64,000 bases of DNA from Amphiscolops sp. MND2022. Taxonomy: Eukaryota. Shown here piece after piece: positions 24,070 to 34,888 of this stretch. Position numbers and translations under genes: made by a program. The notes under the pieces are model-generated. The model made no database searches and had not been told where the DNA came from. It was given only the letters and a program-made list of their open reading frames with translations. The stretch lies in assembly GCA_964187785.1 (NCBI GenBank), contig OZ076409.1, positions 29,824,001 to 29,888,000 on the forward strand, in the 5' to 3' direction. How positions within the stretch are numbered: position 1 is the stretch's first letter; every line of letters starts with the position of its first letter.

Positions 24070-25131
24070 ATGGTCCCCTTTTTGTTTTTCTGGTACTGTG
24101 CACTTCTTTTGGAAATGTAATTTTGGTACTCCAGACTATATGGTTTATTCGTTTGTTTGTTCTGCAGTATTTTGCGAAATGTCCATTTTTCTCGCATTTT
24201 GCACATTTCTTCCCTCTGGCTGGACATTCGTGTTGTCTTGTCCAGTTGGGTGCTCCGCATCTATTGCAGTCTATTTTCTTGAATTTTGTCGGTTTTTCCG
24301 ACGGCTCTTTTATGTTTCTTGTTTTTCTTTTATTGAGATATCTGATTTTCTTCTCTTCTTCTGTTTCTGGTGAGTCGTTCAATTCTTCGTACATGTATTC
24401 GTGTAATGCTTCTGTAATTGCTTCGACTGACATGTCACTTTTCCTGATCTTCTTTTTTAGATCATAGTCGCCCGTTGATTTTCCAATCAAGGATAGGAAT
24501 TTTGATGCCAGAAGTTCTGCCGCGGTTATTGTCTCGAACTCGCAGTTTTTTTTCTACTTCTAGTATTCGTTTCCATACATCCACCGCAGATTCTCCGTCT
24601 TCCTGTTTGAGGTCGAAAAAATCGGCTCTGCTGTGTTGGACGTTTCTTTCCGGTGTAAAATGTAGCCTGAACAACGTGTATAGTTTGTATAACGGTAGTG
24701 AGCTTGGTTCTCTTTCTCTAACCGTTTTGGTCATTTCTGTAACGGCGTTTTGGCCGCCGATTGCCCATAGGAATATATCTTTTATTTCCGTCTCCAACTG
24801 TTCGCGGTATTGTGGCAGTATTTCTTTGTTGTTCGTCATTTTTGAGAGGTCCAGGTCCTTAGTCATTTTTATGTACTGTACGAACTTCCGCCACCACATG
24901 TTTGCGTTGGTAAAATCTTGTTTTTCTAGTGTTGGGATGGTTAGTTTTTGTGTGCACGTCCGTTCACTGGTTCTGTTCAGCGTGTCGTTTGGCAACGGTT
25001 GATCGTTCGGGTGCGGTTCCGTTGACGTCCTGTTTGTAGCTCCATTTATTGGTGTGTTGACTGTATTGTCATCCATGTTTGGAGTTGGGTGCTTGTTCAA
25101 TGGTAACTCTATGGTTACGCTGACTGCGCCA
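24070..25131 (-). mobile_element. gag: Truncated tandem copy (PBS + gag) of the adjacent Gypsy element, sharing the 25132-25344 LTR
   Basis: ~24136-25131 is nearly identical to ~29988-30977. It includes the PBS and the CNRCGAPNWTRQHEC / CAKCEKNGHFAKYC knuckles. Confidence 0.85.
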
Positions 25132-25344
25132 TGTTGTATCTCTATGGAATACTGGTTGAAAAGCAATGTTTGTATGAAATTCAACTATTCTTTAGATCTG
25201 TTCTTTTTGTACTAACACATATAAGAAAGAACATCATCTGCACTTATGTGGCAGGCAGGTACATACTATAAATAGTATCGAACAAAATGAATAGAAATGA
25301 GGCAGACTAATAAGTTACTTAATTCAGTTCGTCTGTCCTCCACT
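25132..25344 (-). repeat. LTR (3' LTR of full copy, also 5' LTR of tandem copy)
   Basis: Matches 30978-31190. PPT on one side and PBS on the other. Confidence 0.9.
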
Positions 25345-25692
25345 TTCCCCTCTCTACAATTGGTCGATGTTTGGCCAATGGGAATGTGATCTTTTCTGTT
25401 GTGACGGTTATTCCTACACTGGTCCAGTGTATGATGGACGGTTGACCGTTCCTGGCAAGTTTGTTTGTTGTGGTTGGTTATTGGCCGTAACGTCTGGATT
25501 TTTTGTTCTGACCGGTCTAGAGATCGTCTTCTCTCCCCTCCGTTTGTGCAGGTGGTTGATTCGGTGTTGTTTCCGAATTCAGTCTTCTTACGGTGTTTCC
25601 TGTAATCATGACAAATGGGATTATTATATCTAATAATTGGGTTGGTTTTTGTTAGTCTCTTCGACCTGCGTACGGGTTCTTTTTCTTCAGTG

Positions 25693-28197
25693 TCAATTTC
25701 TGTACTTAAGCTTAAGTTGCTTGCTAATTCTAAGTCGGAGTTTTCGAAGCTCTTTTTGAGTGTATGAATTAGTTTTGTTGTCAGTAAATACCTTACCGTT
25801 TTCGTCCCTGATCAAAAGCTCTTGGGCTGCTTGTTTAGCGTCTTCTATGGCACGGTCTACTTCCGTGTCCGTCACGTTCGTGGCGACTATCGTTAGAGCG
25901 CCAGGAGTATGCTGAGCTGTTGTTTGTGGTGAGCTTGTACTTTTTCGGTCGGGGACCAGTTTTGGTCTGCCTCTCCCGAAAGAGCCGCTGGTGGTTGTAG
26001 TCGTTGTTGGGTCTGGGATCTTTGGGCTCTCGGTGTCCATTAATGGCGTCTCGGACTCCCTTTCCGATTCTATCACCGTCGTCCGTTTTGGTTTGGATGG
26101 TGATCTGATAAATCGGCCGTCCGGTCCGCGTGGCCCAATTCCTCTGTTGTTCTGTTCCTGGTAAAATTTTGAAATGGGTTTACTTATCATTTTCCTATGA
26201 AGGATTCTCCCATTTGGTGTAGTTATGGTATGTTTTGTACCAGATACTGCTAATTGTGGTTTATCAGAATAAGCGCTTTCGAATTTATTACGTTGGTGTT
26301 TCTTTTCTAGGAATAGGAAGGGGTATTTACTTACTCCTTTTGCGTTTTTCTTCGGCTTCATTGGCAGCTGGTCAGACACACCGCCAGCTCCGTTGAATGA
26401 ATATACCTGCAAGGTATCTGGTTTTGCTGAAACGGAATGATTTGTTATCTCTTTTAAATTGTCTAATTTTAGTAAGTTACTTATTTCCGTGTTAGGCTTT
26501 CGGCCGTAATGTAGTTCAAACGCGGTTTTTTTCAAGCGAGAATGTGGTGTTTTTCTCATTACATCCAGCGATAAGTCCAGGGCCTTACTAAGACGTTCTC
26601 CGGCTTTGATGTTCGTTAACAGATTTTCTTTCAGTGTTCTGACCCCCCGTTCTACAAGGCCGGTGGGGGTATGGATATACGGTGTCCCGTATATTAATTT
26701 GATGTAATGTTCTTTGCAGAAGTTTCTAAATAGGCGTCCCGTAAAGGCTGTAGCTTTATCGGTTCTTATTGTTTTTGGTACCCCGTTCAGTTGAATGTAT
26801 TGCTCGAGAAATTTAATTGCCGTTTCGCCGTCGGTAGATGTACAGAAACTTGCCGCTGGCCATTTGCTGAATCGGTCCATGGACAATAAAATGTGAAGTC
26901 GACGGTTGTTTACCGTGATTGGTCCGATGAAATCCAGTTGGATTTCTTCGTTTGGATTGTCTAACCGGGGAAGATAATTTTTTTCCGTATTTGGTATGTT
27001 AGGTTTAATGTTCTTACCGGACATTTTGCAGTGGATGCATGACTCGCATTTCTTTTGGATAGCTTCTGTCATCTTTGGCCACCAAAAGTGTCTTGCCGCT
27101 GCTGTCATTTTGTTGATGGCGGGATGGCCCTTGTGAAGTGAGCTAATGATTGTAGTCCTGAGGTTTTGGGGGACAATAAATTTGTCTTCGATGAAGACCA
27201 GGTCGAATCTGGTTGATAGTTTCTTCTTGTGTGGTAAGTATTCGTCTGGAATTTGTTCATGTTGTTGGTGTTCCAGACAGACTAATGTCTTCAGCATTGT
27301 CGGGTCATTCGTGGTTTCGTTCATTAGTAGCTGTAGGTCTGTTGAGAAATTTCGTTCTGTTTCCCTTACAGCTTGTCCGAGGTCCCAGTTGTTTTCTTCC
27401 ATTGCCGCGACTTTTGGTGCATGTCCCATTTTAACATACTGCACGCTCCTTACCCCCACGTAGCGTGCCCAGTTGATTGCGGGGACTTCGAGTACTGACG
27501 GGTCTTGGTCCGTCTCTGATTCGATTTCGCCTTCTTCCATTGGCATGGGGGCGAAAAGTTCTTGTTGAGACGATGGGCCCGGTTGATTTGCGTGATTAAC
27601 CGGTGTGGGTCTGTCCATTTCCCAAAATGGATCGACGGTCCATTGTTCGGATCTTCCGAAGTTTGGTTGGTATCCTCCACTGTACTGTGGACCGATCCGT
27701 TGTCTCAGGTCGCCTTGTTCTCGTGCATTGATAATTTGTTGTAACCTTTCCTCGATTACTTTTCGCTCGTTGCGCAAAAATTTAGGTTCGTGGTATTTTT
27801 TCCACTTTCCACCGGTCATTCGGTAAATACCGGGTTTCACGATCTCCTTCCATCTCTGGATTAACTGGTTTGTTTCGGCGGAAAAGTCTACCGCCGCTAG
27901 GTTGTCAAGTGTTTTGACGTCCATTTTAAAGTTGCTGGTATTGTCGATTGATATAAGACGTGTTAACGCTGAGTTGTTTAGGCAATCAATGACGGTTTGT
28001 TTGTGTGTGTCTTGCGGCCGTGGTTTGTTGTTTGCTTTGTGCTCGTTTTCGACCGTTTCGCGTTCTGATTGGTTAGCGTGGTTGATAAGGCAACCGTGTT
28101 TGGAGATGAATTTGTAGTGCGGCATGATGCTATTGATGACGTATTCTTCGTCGTACGCTTCGTCCGTTTGCGGTGGCATTGACGGATTTCTACTCAA
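25693..28197 (-). CDS. pol: Pol C-terminal fragment: spacer + integrase
   Basis: HHCC (LHKGHP...CESCIHC) and DDE (LDFIGP, TDKATAF, GLVERG). Confidence 0.9.
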   Translation of the reverse strand: MSRNPSMPPQTDEAYDEEYVINSIMPHYKFISKHGCLINHANQSERETVENEHKANNKPRPQDTHKQTVIDCLNNSALTRLISIDNTSNFKMDVKTLDNLAAVDFSAETNQLIQRWKEIVKPGIYRMTGGKWKKYHEPKFLRNERKVIEERLQQIINAREQGDLRQRIGPQYSGGYQPNFGRSEQWTVDPFWEMDRPTPVNHANQPGPSSQQELFAPMPMEEGEIESETDQDPSVLEVPAINWARYVGVRSVQYVKMGHAPKVAAMEENNWDLGQAVRETERNFSTDLQLLMNETTNDPTMLKTLVCLEHQQHEQIPDEYLPHKKKLSTRFDLVFIEDKFIVPQNLRTTIISSLHKGHPAINKMTAAARHFWWPKMTEAIQKKCESCIHCKMSGKNIKPNIPNTEKNYLPRLDNPNEEIQLDFIGPITVNNRRLHILLSMDRFSKWPAASFCTSTDGETAIKFLEQYIQLNGVPKTIRTDKATAFTGRLFRNFCKEHYIKLIYGTPYIHTPTGLVERGVRTLKENLLTNIKAGERLSKALDLSLDVMRKTPHSRLKKTAFELHYGRKPNTEISNLLKLDNLKEITNHSVSAKPDTLQVYSFNGAGGVSDQLPMKPKKNAKGVSKYPFLFLEKKHQRNKFESAYSDKPQLAVSGTKHTITTPNGRILHRKMISKPISKFYQEQNNRGIGPRGPDGRFIRSPSKPKRTTVIESERESETPLMDTESPKIPDPTTTTTTSGSFGRGRPKLVPDRKSTSSPQTTAQHTPGALTIVATNVTDTEVDRAIEDAKQAAQELLIRDENGKVFTDNKTNSYTQKELRKLRLRISKQLKLKYRN

Positions 28198-30921
28198 ATA
28201 ATCCGTGAGTGCTAAGTGTTTACCGGCAATGAGATTTACGTTGATGGTGAAATGTGCTAACCGGTCCAGCCATCTAGTAAAGCGTGCGCTGTACGTCTTA
28301 TTGGATCGGTTTCTTTTAATTAATGGTTCTAATGCTTGGTGATCCGTGAGTAATTTAATCGGCTTACCGTAGATATATTATCGAAAGTGTTCTAATCCTC
28401 AAACTACGGCTAATAGCTCCAGTTCATTGATTGCGTATTTCTTTTCGGTGTCCGAAAGGAAACGACTGGCGAATCCGATCGGTTTTAACTTTCCGTCTGG
28501 TTGTTCTTGCCATAGGGTTGCCCCGAGGCCTTTTGTGCTTGCGTCGATTGTTATTATATTTGGGTAATCCGAATTGTAGTGGGCCAGACACGGTTTTTCC
28601 ATGATTTTTTGTTTGAGATTTTCAAAGGCCTGAGTGTGTTCTTCCGTCCATAGCCAGTCCTTGTCTTTCTTTAGAAGTTGTCTTAGACTGTCTGTTTGGG
28701 CAGAGGTTATCTATATATTTGGATAGATATTGAATGGCGCCTAAGAAGGATTTTAGTTCTTTTTCGTTGTTTGGTTGCTTCAAGTTTTTTATCGCCATTA
28801 ATTTATCTTGTAACGGTCTGATACCGTTTTGGTCAATTTTGTGGCCAATCCATTCGACTTCTGATTTGAAAAATTCGGATTTGTTTTCGCTGAGTCTGTA
28901 ACCGGCGTTTTCTAGTGGGGTTAATACTTCGGTTAATTCCTTCTTGTGTTGTTCCTTTGGTCCCTTTGTTACGATAATGATATCGTCCAACCATGCTGGA
29001 TGATTGTTTTCCAGTGTCTGGTCGATCCTTTCTTGGAATATGGTCGGTGTGTCCGCTAGACCGTAAAATCCCTTCAGGAATTGGTAGTAACCGGTGAAGT
29101 CACCCAAATTAGCTGACCGTAAGCGTAATCCAAGTCAAGTTTTGAGGCCCAGATTTCGTCCGTCGGACCATCCCCTATTTTTCTGGAGATTCTGGAAATG
29201 ACTTCTTCCATATTTGGCATTTGGGCTTTTCTTTTTATTGTGATTTCGTTAAGTTTTCGTGAGTCTAATGCGATCTTTACCGACTTGTCTTTTTTACTGT
29301 GATTACAGCCGGACTGACAAAGCAGTTTTCGTCGATGTTATTTGCTTTTTCTATGTGCCCCTGTTTTATGAGTTTGTTTATTTCTTTTCCAACCGATTGT
29401 TGTAAGTGAATCGGTATTGGTCTTCCCTTCTGCTGAATCAGTTTGGCGTCCTCTTTCAGCTGTATTTTCACTTCATTTCCGTTAACGGTATGATTCTCGT
29501 TAAAAAGTTTTCGAAATTTTCTCTTTAGGGTGGTTATATCTGGATCTTCGGTTTTTTGGTTTATTTGTGGACCGGTTTCACCGGTGTCCAGCTTAATACC
29601 TAGTTTTTCTATCCAGTCCAAGCCTACTAGAGGGTTGGTTTTCTTTGTGGTTATTAGTAGTTCAAGTTCGTTTCTTTTTCCGTTTATTTCTACTGATGCG
29701 GTCGTTTTTCCTTCGAATTTTATTCGGTTGTCGTTCATATCTCTGTATTCGGTTCCAATTGGTCTTAACGGTGTTATTCCGTTGAATTGTGATTTTGGAA
29801 TCAATGTGACCGGCGAGCCGCTGTCTAATATGAATTTGATTGGTCGGTTGTTCACCAATGCGGTGATTGTGAAGAAATCCGGACCATTCTTCTTGGTTTG
29901 GTGTGTTGAATGGACATTTTGATTTACTGAATGGATTGTGTTTGTTGACCAATTGTCATCTTCCGCGCTGCTTGCCTCGTCATCTTGTATATGGTTTATT
30001 CGTTTGTTTGTTCTGCAGTATTTGCGAAATGTCCATTTTTCTCGCATTTTGCACATTTCTTCCCTCTGGCTGGACATTCGTGTTGTCTTGTCCAGTTGGG
30101 TGCTCCGCATCTATTGCAGTCTATTTTCTTGAATTTTGTCGGTTTTTCCGACGGCTCTTTTATGTTTCTTGTTTTTCTTTTATGAGATATCTGATTTTCT
30201 TCTCTTCTTCTGTTTCTGGTGAGTCGTTCAATTCTTCGTACATGTATTCGTGTAATGCTTCTGTAATTGCTTCGACTGACATGTCACTTTTCCTGATCTT
30301 CTTTTTTAGATCATAGTCGCCCGTTGATTTTCCAATCACGGATAGGAATTTTGATGCCAGAAGTTCTGCCGCGGTTATTGTCTCGAATTCGCAGTTTTTT
30401 TCTACTTCTAGTATTCGTTTCCATACATCCGCCGCAGATTCTCCGTCTTCCTGTTTGAGGTCGAAAAAATCGGCTCTGCTGTGTTGGACGTTTCTTTCCG
30501 GTGTAAAATGTAGTCTGAACAATGTGTATAGTTTGTATAACGGTAGTGAGCTTGGTTCTTTCTCTAACCGTTTTGGTCATTTCTGTAATGGCGTTTTGGC
30601 CGCCGATTGCCCATAGGAATATATCTTTTATTTCCGTCTCCAACTGTTCGCGGTATTGTGGCAGTATTTCTTTGTTGTTCGTCATTTTTGAGAGGTCCAG
30701 GTCCTTAGTCATTTTTATGTACTGTACGAACTTCCGCCACCACATGTTTGCGTTGGTAAAATCTTGTTTTTCTAGTGTTGGGATGGTTAGTTTTTGTGTG
30801 CACGTCCGTTCACTGGTTCTGTTCAGCGTGTCGTTTGGCAACGGTTGATCGTTCGGGTGCGGTTCCGTTGACGTCCTGTTTGTAGCTCCATTTATTGGTG
30901 TGTTGACTGTATTGTCATCCA
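28198..30921 (-). pseudogene. pol: Frameshifted gag, protease, RT and RNase H
   Basis: FILDSGS protease; RT FQERID...WLDDIII; RNase H IDASTKGLGA...YAINELELLA. Several frameshifts. Confidence 0.88.
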
Positions 30922-30977
30922 TGTTTGGAGTTGGGTGCTTGTTCAATGGTAACTCTATGGTTACGCTGACTGCGCCA

Positions 30978-31190
30978 TGTTGTATCTCTATGGAATACTG
31001 GTTGAAAAGCAATGTTTGTATGAAATTCAACTATTCTTTAGATCTGTTCTTTTTGTACTAACACATATAAGAAAGAACATCATCTGCACTTATGTGGCAG
31101 GCAGGTACATACTATAAATAGTATCGAACAAAATAAATAGAAATGAGGCAGACTAATTAGTTTCTCAATTCAGTTCGTCTGTCCTCCACA
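30978..31190 (-). repeat. 5' LTR
   Basis: TGTGGAGG...CAACA on minus strand, followed by PBS. Confidence 0.9.
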
Positions 31191-31789
31191 GGACCACACT
31201 TAGTCAGGAGAACCGTAATTTTCATTGAATGGCGTAATTTTGCTGATTTTGAAAGATAAGCATTTTTCGAGACCATATGGCGCACTCTCGTTCATTTTTT
31301 GTCACACTGGAAGTTATGTGAAACATCCAAAAGCCTCCCTGAGTATTTCTATGAGACTTTAGAACTTATTCTTTGAGCGCCGACTTAGGACCCTCCTGAA
31401 TTGTTCTAATTTTTGACAGTTTTGCCTTAGGCTTTTTTGACAAGTTTTGTGCTTGATTAGTCCCATCCCAAGCAATTTTTCTGAAGCTTTGGATCTTCTG
31501 GATTGGTAAATGTTGAGATTGGTAATTAAATTTTTGCGCTTATCATTTCATTTGGTATGTTTCTGGCACAAACAAGTACCTCTGGTTTCTATCACCAAAG
31601 CAAAATACCACCTGCGGAATCCATTCTATAAAATTTCGAGACAATGTTTCAAAGAAGCTGCTGAACTGAGACAAAAACTGAAGGGTTCTTCTGGCGACTG
31701 CGATTTTGCCTAATGCACTAACTAAATTGAAACTGAGCCAATAAACAGTTTGTATTGCGTGATATCGGCCCGGGTTGACAATCAATAGC

Positions 31790-32160
31790 AGTGCACCGGT
31801 GGTAACCGATGATCCACCCAAGTCCCACAGGTGGACTACTGCGGTGACATCTGCAGCTTTTGCGTTGTACAAAATATTGCAAAAATTTTGACACCAACCT
31901 GTCTATTTGTTGACAGGCCAGCATTTAACATCTGTGCTATCAGTTCTAATACTTCGTTTGCTTTGACTGAGCTATATTTACTTTGCAGGCTTTGTAACTC
32001 GCGGTACCAAAAATTGCTCCTAATGCTGCAGAGATGATTAACATAACCCTCTGGGCTCAATATTAGAATAATAAGAGTCAAAAATAACATTTTCAATAGT
32101 TTTTCCAAAACTCTTAGTTCATTTTTCTTGGAAGAATTCCACCAGTGAAACCAGTAATTG
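31790..32160. repeat. Diverged dispersed repeat, homologous to ~51350-51720
   Basis: Shared blocks such as TACAAAATATTGCAAAAAT..TGAC...AACCTGT and CCAGCATTTA...CTG.GCTATCAGTT. Confidence 0.6.
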
Positions 32161-32922
32161 ATATTTCAAACTTGTCCCCACCGATGTCCGATGTTCGCTG
32201 GTGGTTTGTGACGGAGTGCGTGCAATGCCAGCACCGGGACACTCAGCGCATGGTGGAATGATTTCTCAATCACAGCACTGTCTGTGGTGTACACAATCTG
32301 GATCTTGCTATCAAACCCATTTGAGTTTTCTTTCAACGTGAAATTACAACGATGTAACTTTGGAAATTAGTCAGTTGACAAACAAATAGCTACTCTCAAG
32401 TGTTGTGAAATTAACGTTAATTAATCGGAAAATCTTCACTCAGTATTATGAAAAAAAAAGGTTTTGTCAGATGGGAAGATTGTCCAGAACAACACATACT
32501 GGCTTAGCAAGCGGAAGGCGCGCAGTAAACCGACATGCCATCAAACCGAAAATTGAAAATCGACTCAAAAGCCGACACCAATTATCTGTTTGGTCCAAAA
32601 GTGTCCCTTCTAAGTTTGTAGTTCAAGCTTGAAGGAATTGTGCAGGTATTTTCACTAGCTATTATATCTACTGTCATAATGGTTGGGGAGCGGGAATAAC
32701 GTTTAAGAAATCTAAATGCAGAACGGGAATAGCGTCTAAAGCCAATTCATGTTCATTGCCTATGTTGAAACATTGAATTTTGGACGTCATTCCTTTAGAC
32801 GTTATTACTTAGGCATTTTTCGCGCTTCTACGGATTGTTGACTCGTCGGTTTAATAACTTATAACTCATAACCTCATTAACTTGCTGCACGACCTCCGTA
32901 GCATGCATGAGTCATTGGATGT

Positions 32923-33854
32923 TGTCAGAACGAGTCACGTTCGTGTTAATAACGGTGGTGAGACCGCTACATTCGGTCGTCGGTGCTGATATTTTCTCGG
33001 TAAGGGCTAACAAAATGTTTGTTAATTCGCTGATTTGTTTATTCATCTCCATGAAACGTTGATCAACGGAATTTGAACTAAAATTTTGTCTAACATTGAT
33101 TAAATCTCCATTCTCGAATTCATTCATCTGGTTTCTAGATAATGTGTTAGGAAAACTATATTCGCTTTCGTTGTCACTATTCTGTTCCATTCCGCTGGAA
33201 CATGCAGCATAACTATCTACGTTTTGAGATCTGGTATTGACCATCTTTGAATCTTCGAAAGGAATTGTTGTTTTTGAAGGTTTATTGATTTTAATAGGAA
33301 ATATGAATAATCAAGTTTCGACTAAATCAATGAGGTAAGCAACACTACGTTAGGCTGTGTAAAACTTCGTACTGATCATACTTCAACTCTTGTCGCAAAT
33401 TTCACTGCAGTTGGTCACGTGACCGCATTGGCCAATAGTATTGCGCTATTGATTAGGTGTTAATTGGTGCGTCCTGCTGGTAGCAACGTAAATGGTGTTT
33501 TGTACAAAAGGTAGCACCAATATGTTACCATGGTTACATGAATCATCTATCATTTGCGTTGGTTGATACAAATTGCGTCTATGATGGTGCACTACCAACG
33601 TTATATATGATACTACATTTTACTGATGAAATTAAATATGGTGAAAGCACTTGTACGAAGCGTGTAATGAGTAAATGATGTCAACGTTTACAATTCGTTT
33701 TTTATTTTAGGAAGTAATATTAATGATGGGATAGGCCCGTAATTGTTCAATGGTAATTTATGGTTATTGAAATATCAAGAGTGTTATATTTAACTGAGTT
33801 TTTTAAATGTTTAGATTGTTTTTTATCAGTTTCATTCATGCTTCCGGCATGACA
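32923..33854 (-). repeat. 3' LTR (932 bp)
   Basis: Copy of 47647-48573 with adjacent PPT and TSD. Confidence 0.95.
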
Positions 33855-34888
33855 CTCCCCCTCTTTAAAAGAAAAGGCGAAGTGTAGGGGTCTTTGGAAA
33901 TCTGGTAGCGGGAAGGTGAGGTAAATGTAGTAGCTTCACTTATGCAGTAAGTATTGGCTGTTTAATCTTCCTACGAGGGTGATTTGGCTGGTGTAGTGAC
34001 CTCAACTACTTTTGGTCTGTCCGTTACGGATGATGTCATAGCAACCACGTCGGTATTGATGAGTTGCATTGATGGCTTTGAGTACTCGGCTTGTTTGGGA
34101 CCAATTGTTACTTCGATTCGGTACAGCAATTGAGAGGAAGAGAATGAGTTTAGCGTAACGAGTGAACCACTTCGGTAAATAGTAATTGTAGAGTCGGTGT
34201 GGCGAGAGTAGCCACGTCATCCAATTGTGCGCTTCGTTTGTAGTGAGAGTTTAAGAAAGAATGAATTTGCCGGAAATTAGTTGAACGTGGCAGCGTGATA
34301 TAATTACTCGGCTCATTCGGTAACTGTTCGGAAGTAAATGTAGTGGAACATCGTACGCTTTGTCAACAAATCTTCGTCGGTGCTAAATACGAGAGTAGAA
34401 GTAAGCTTGGTTACGGTTGATTCAGTTATTGATTGAAGTTGTTATTATCCAGTTAGCGATATACCAGGTGGATGTGATTTGACTAGCGGTAAATCGGTTC
34501 AGTGAATGCTGTCTGCATCTAGGTTACTCTGCGTGAAAAAAACTCAATTGCAGCGTAGTAAGACTTCCGAATTTGGCATTTTGTTTTCTTGTTTTTCTCT
34601 TTTCCCCTTCTTTTCTTTAGTTTTGAGTAGGATCCTGCGATCTTTAGTTTTTCGAACGCAACCGTTCTTTGAGTTTGAATTTTTTCCCAATGAATTAATT
34701 TCGAGTAAATTCGGTTGAAATTTCTCTTTGTGATATTCCGGTGTCTTGTGAACGCGGAGGGTGTGGGTGATCAGACCACATCTCGTATTGTCAAAGACGC
34801 TGAAGCCTGGTAGATCGCGAATTCTACAGTTATAGATCCTTGTTGTCTCGTTCGCCATTGGTTGTTCGTGATTAATTCCATTACTTGG

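Larger units (their letters stand above)
25132..31190 (-). mobile_element. Ty3/Gypsy LTR retrotransposon (Mag-like), 213-bp LTRs
   Basis: LTRs 25132-25344 and 30978-31190. PBS TGGCGCAGTCAGC (tRNA-Ser-like) at 30965-30977; PPT at 25345-25355. Domain order gag-PR-RT-RH-IN. Confidence 0.92.

Noticed and set aside
24056..30848. Numerous plus-strand ORFs over the Gypsy element
   Set aside because: Antisense shadows of gag/pol with no motifs or splice-phase support.
32912..33244. Independent 110-aa gene
   Set aside because: It is the LTR-duplicated gag N-terminus and stops a few codons into flanking DNA.
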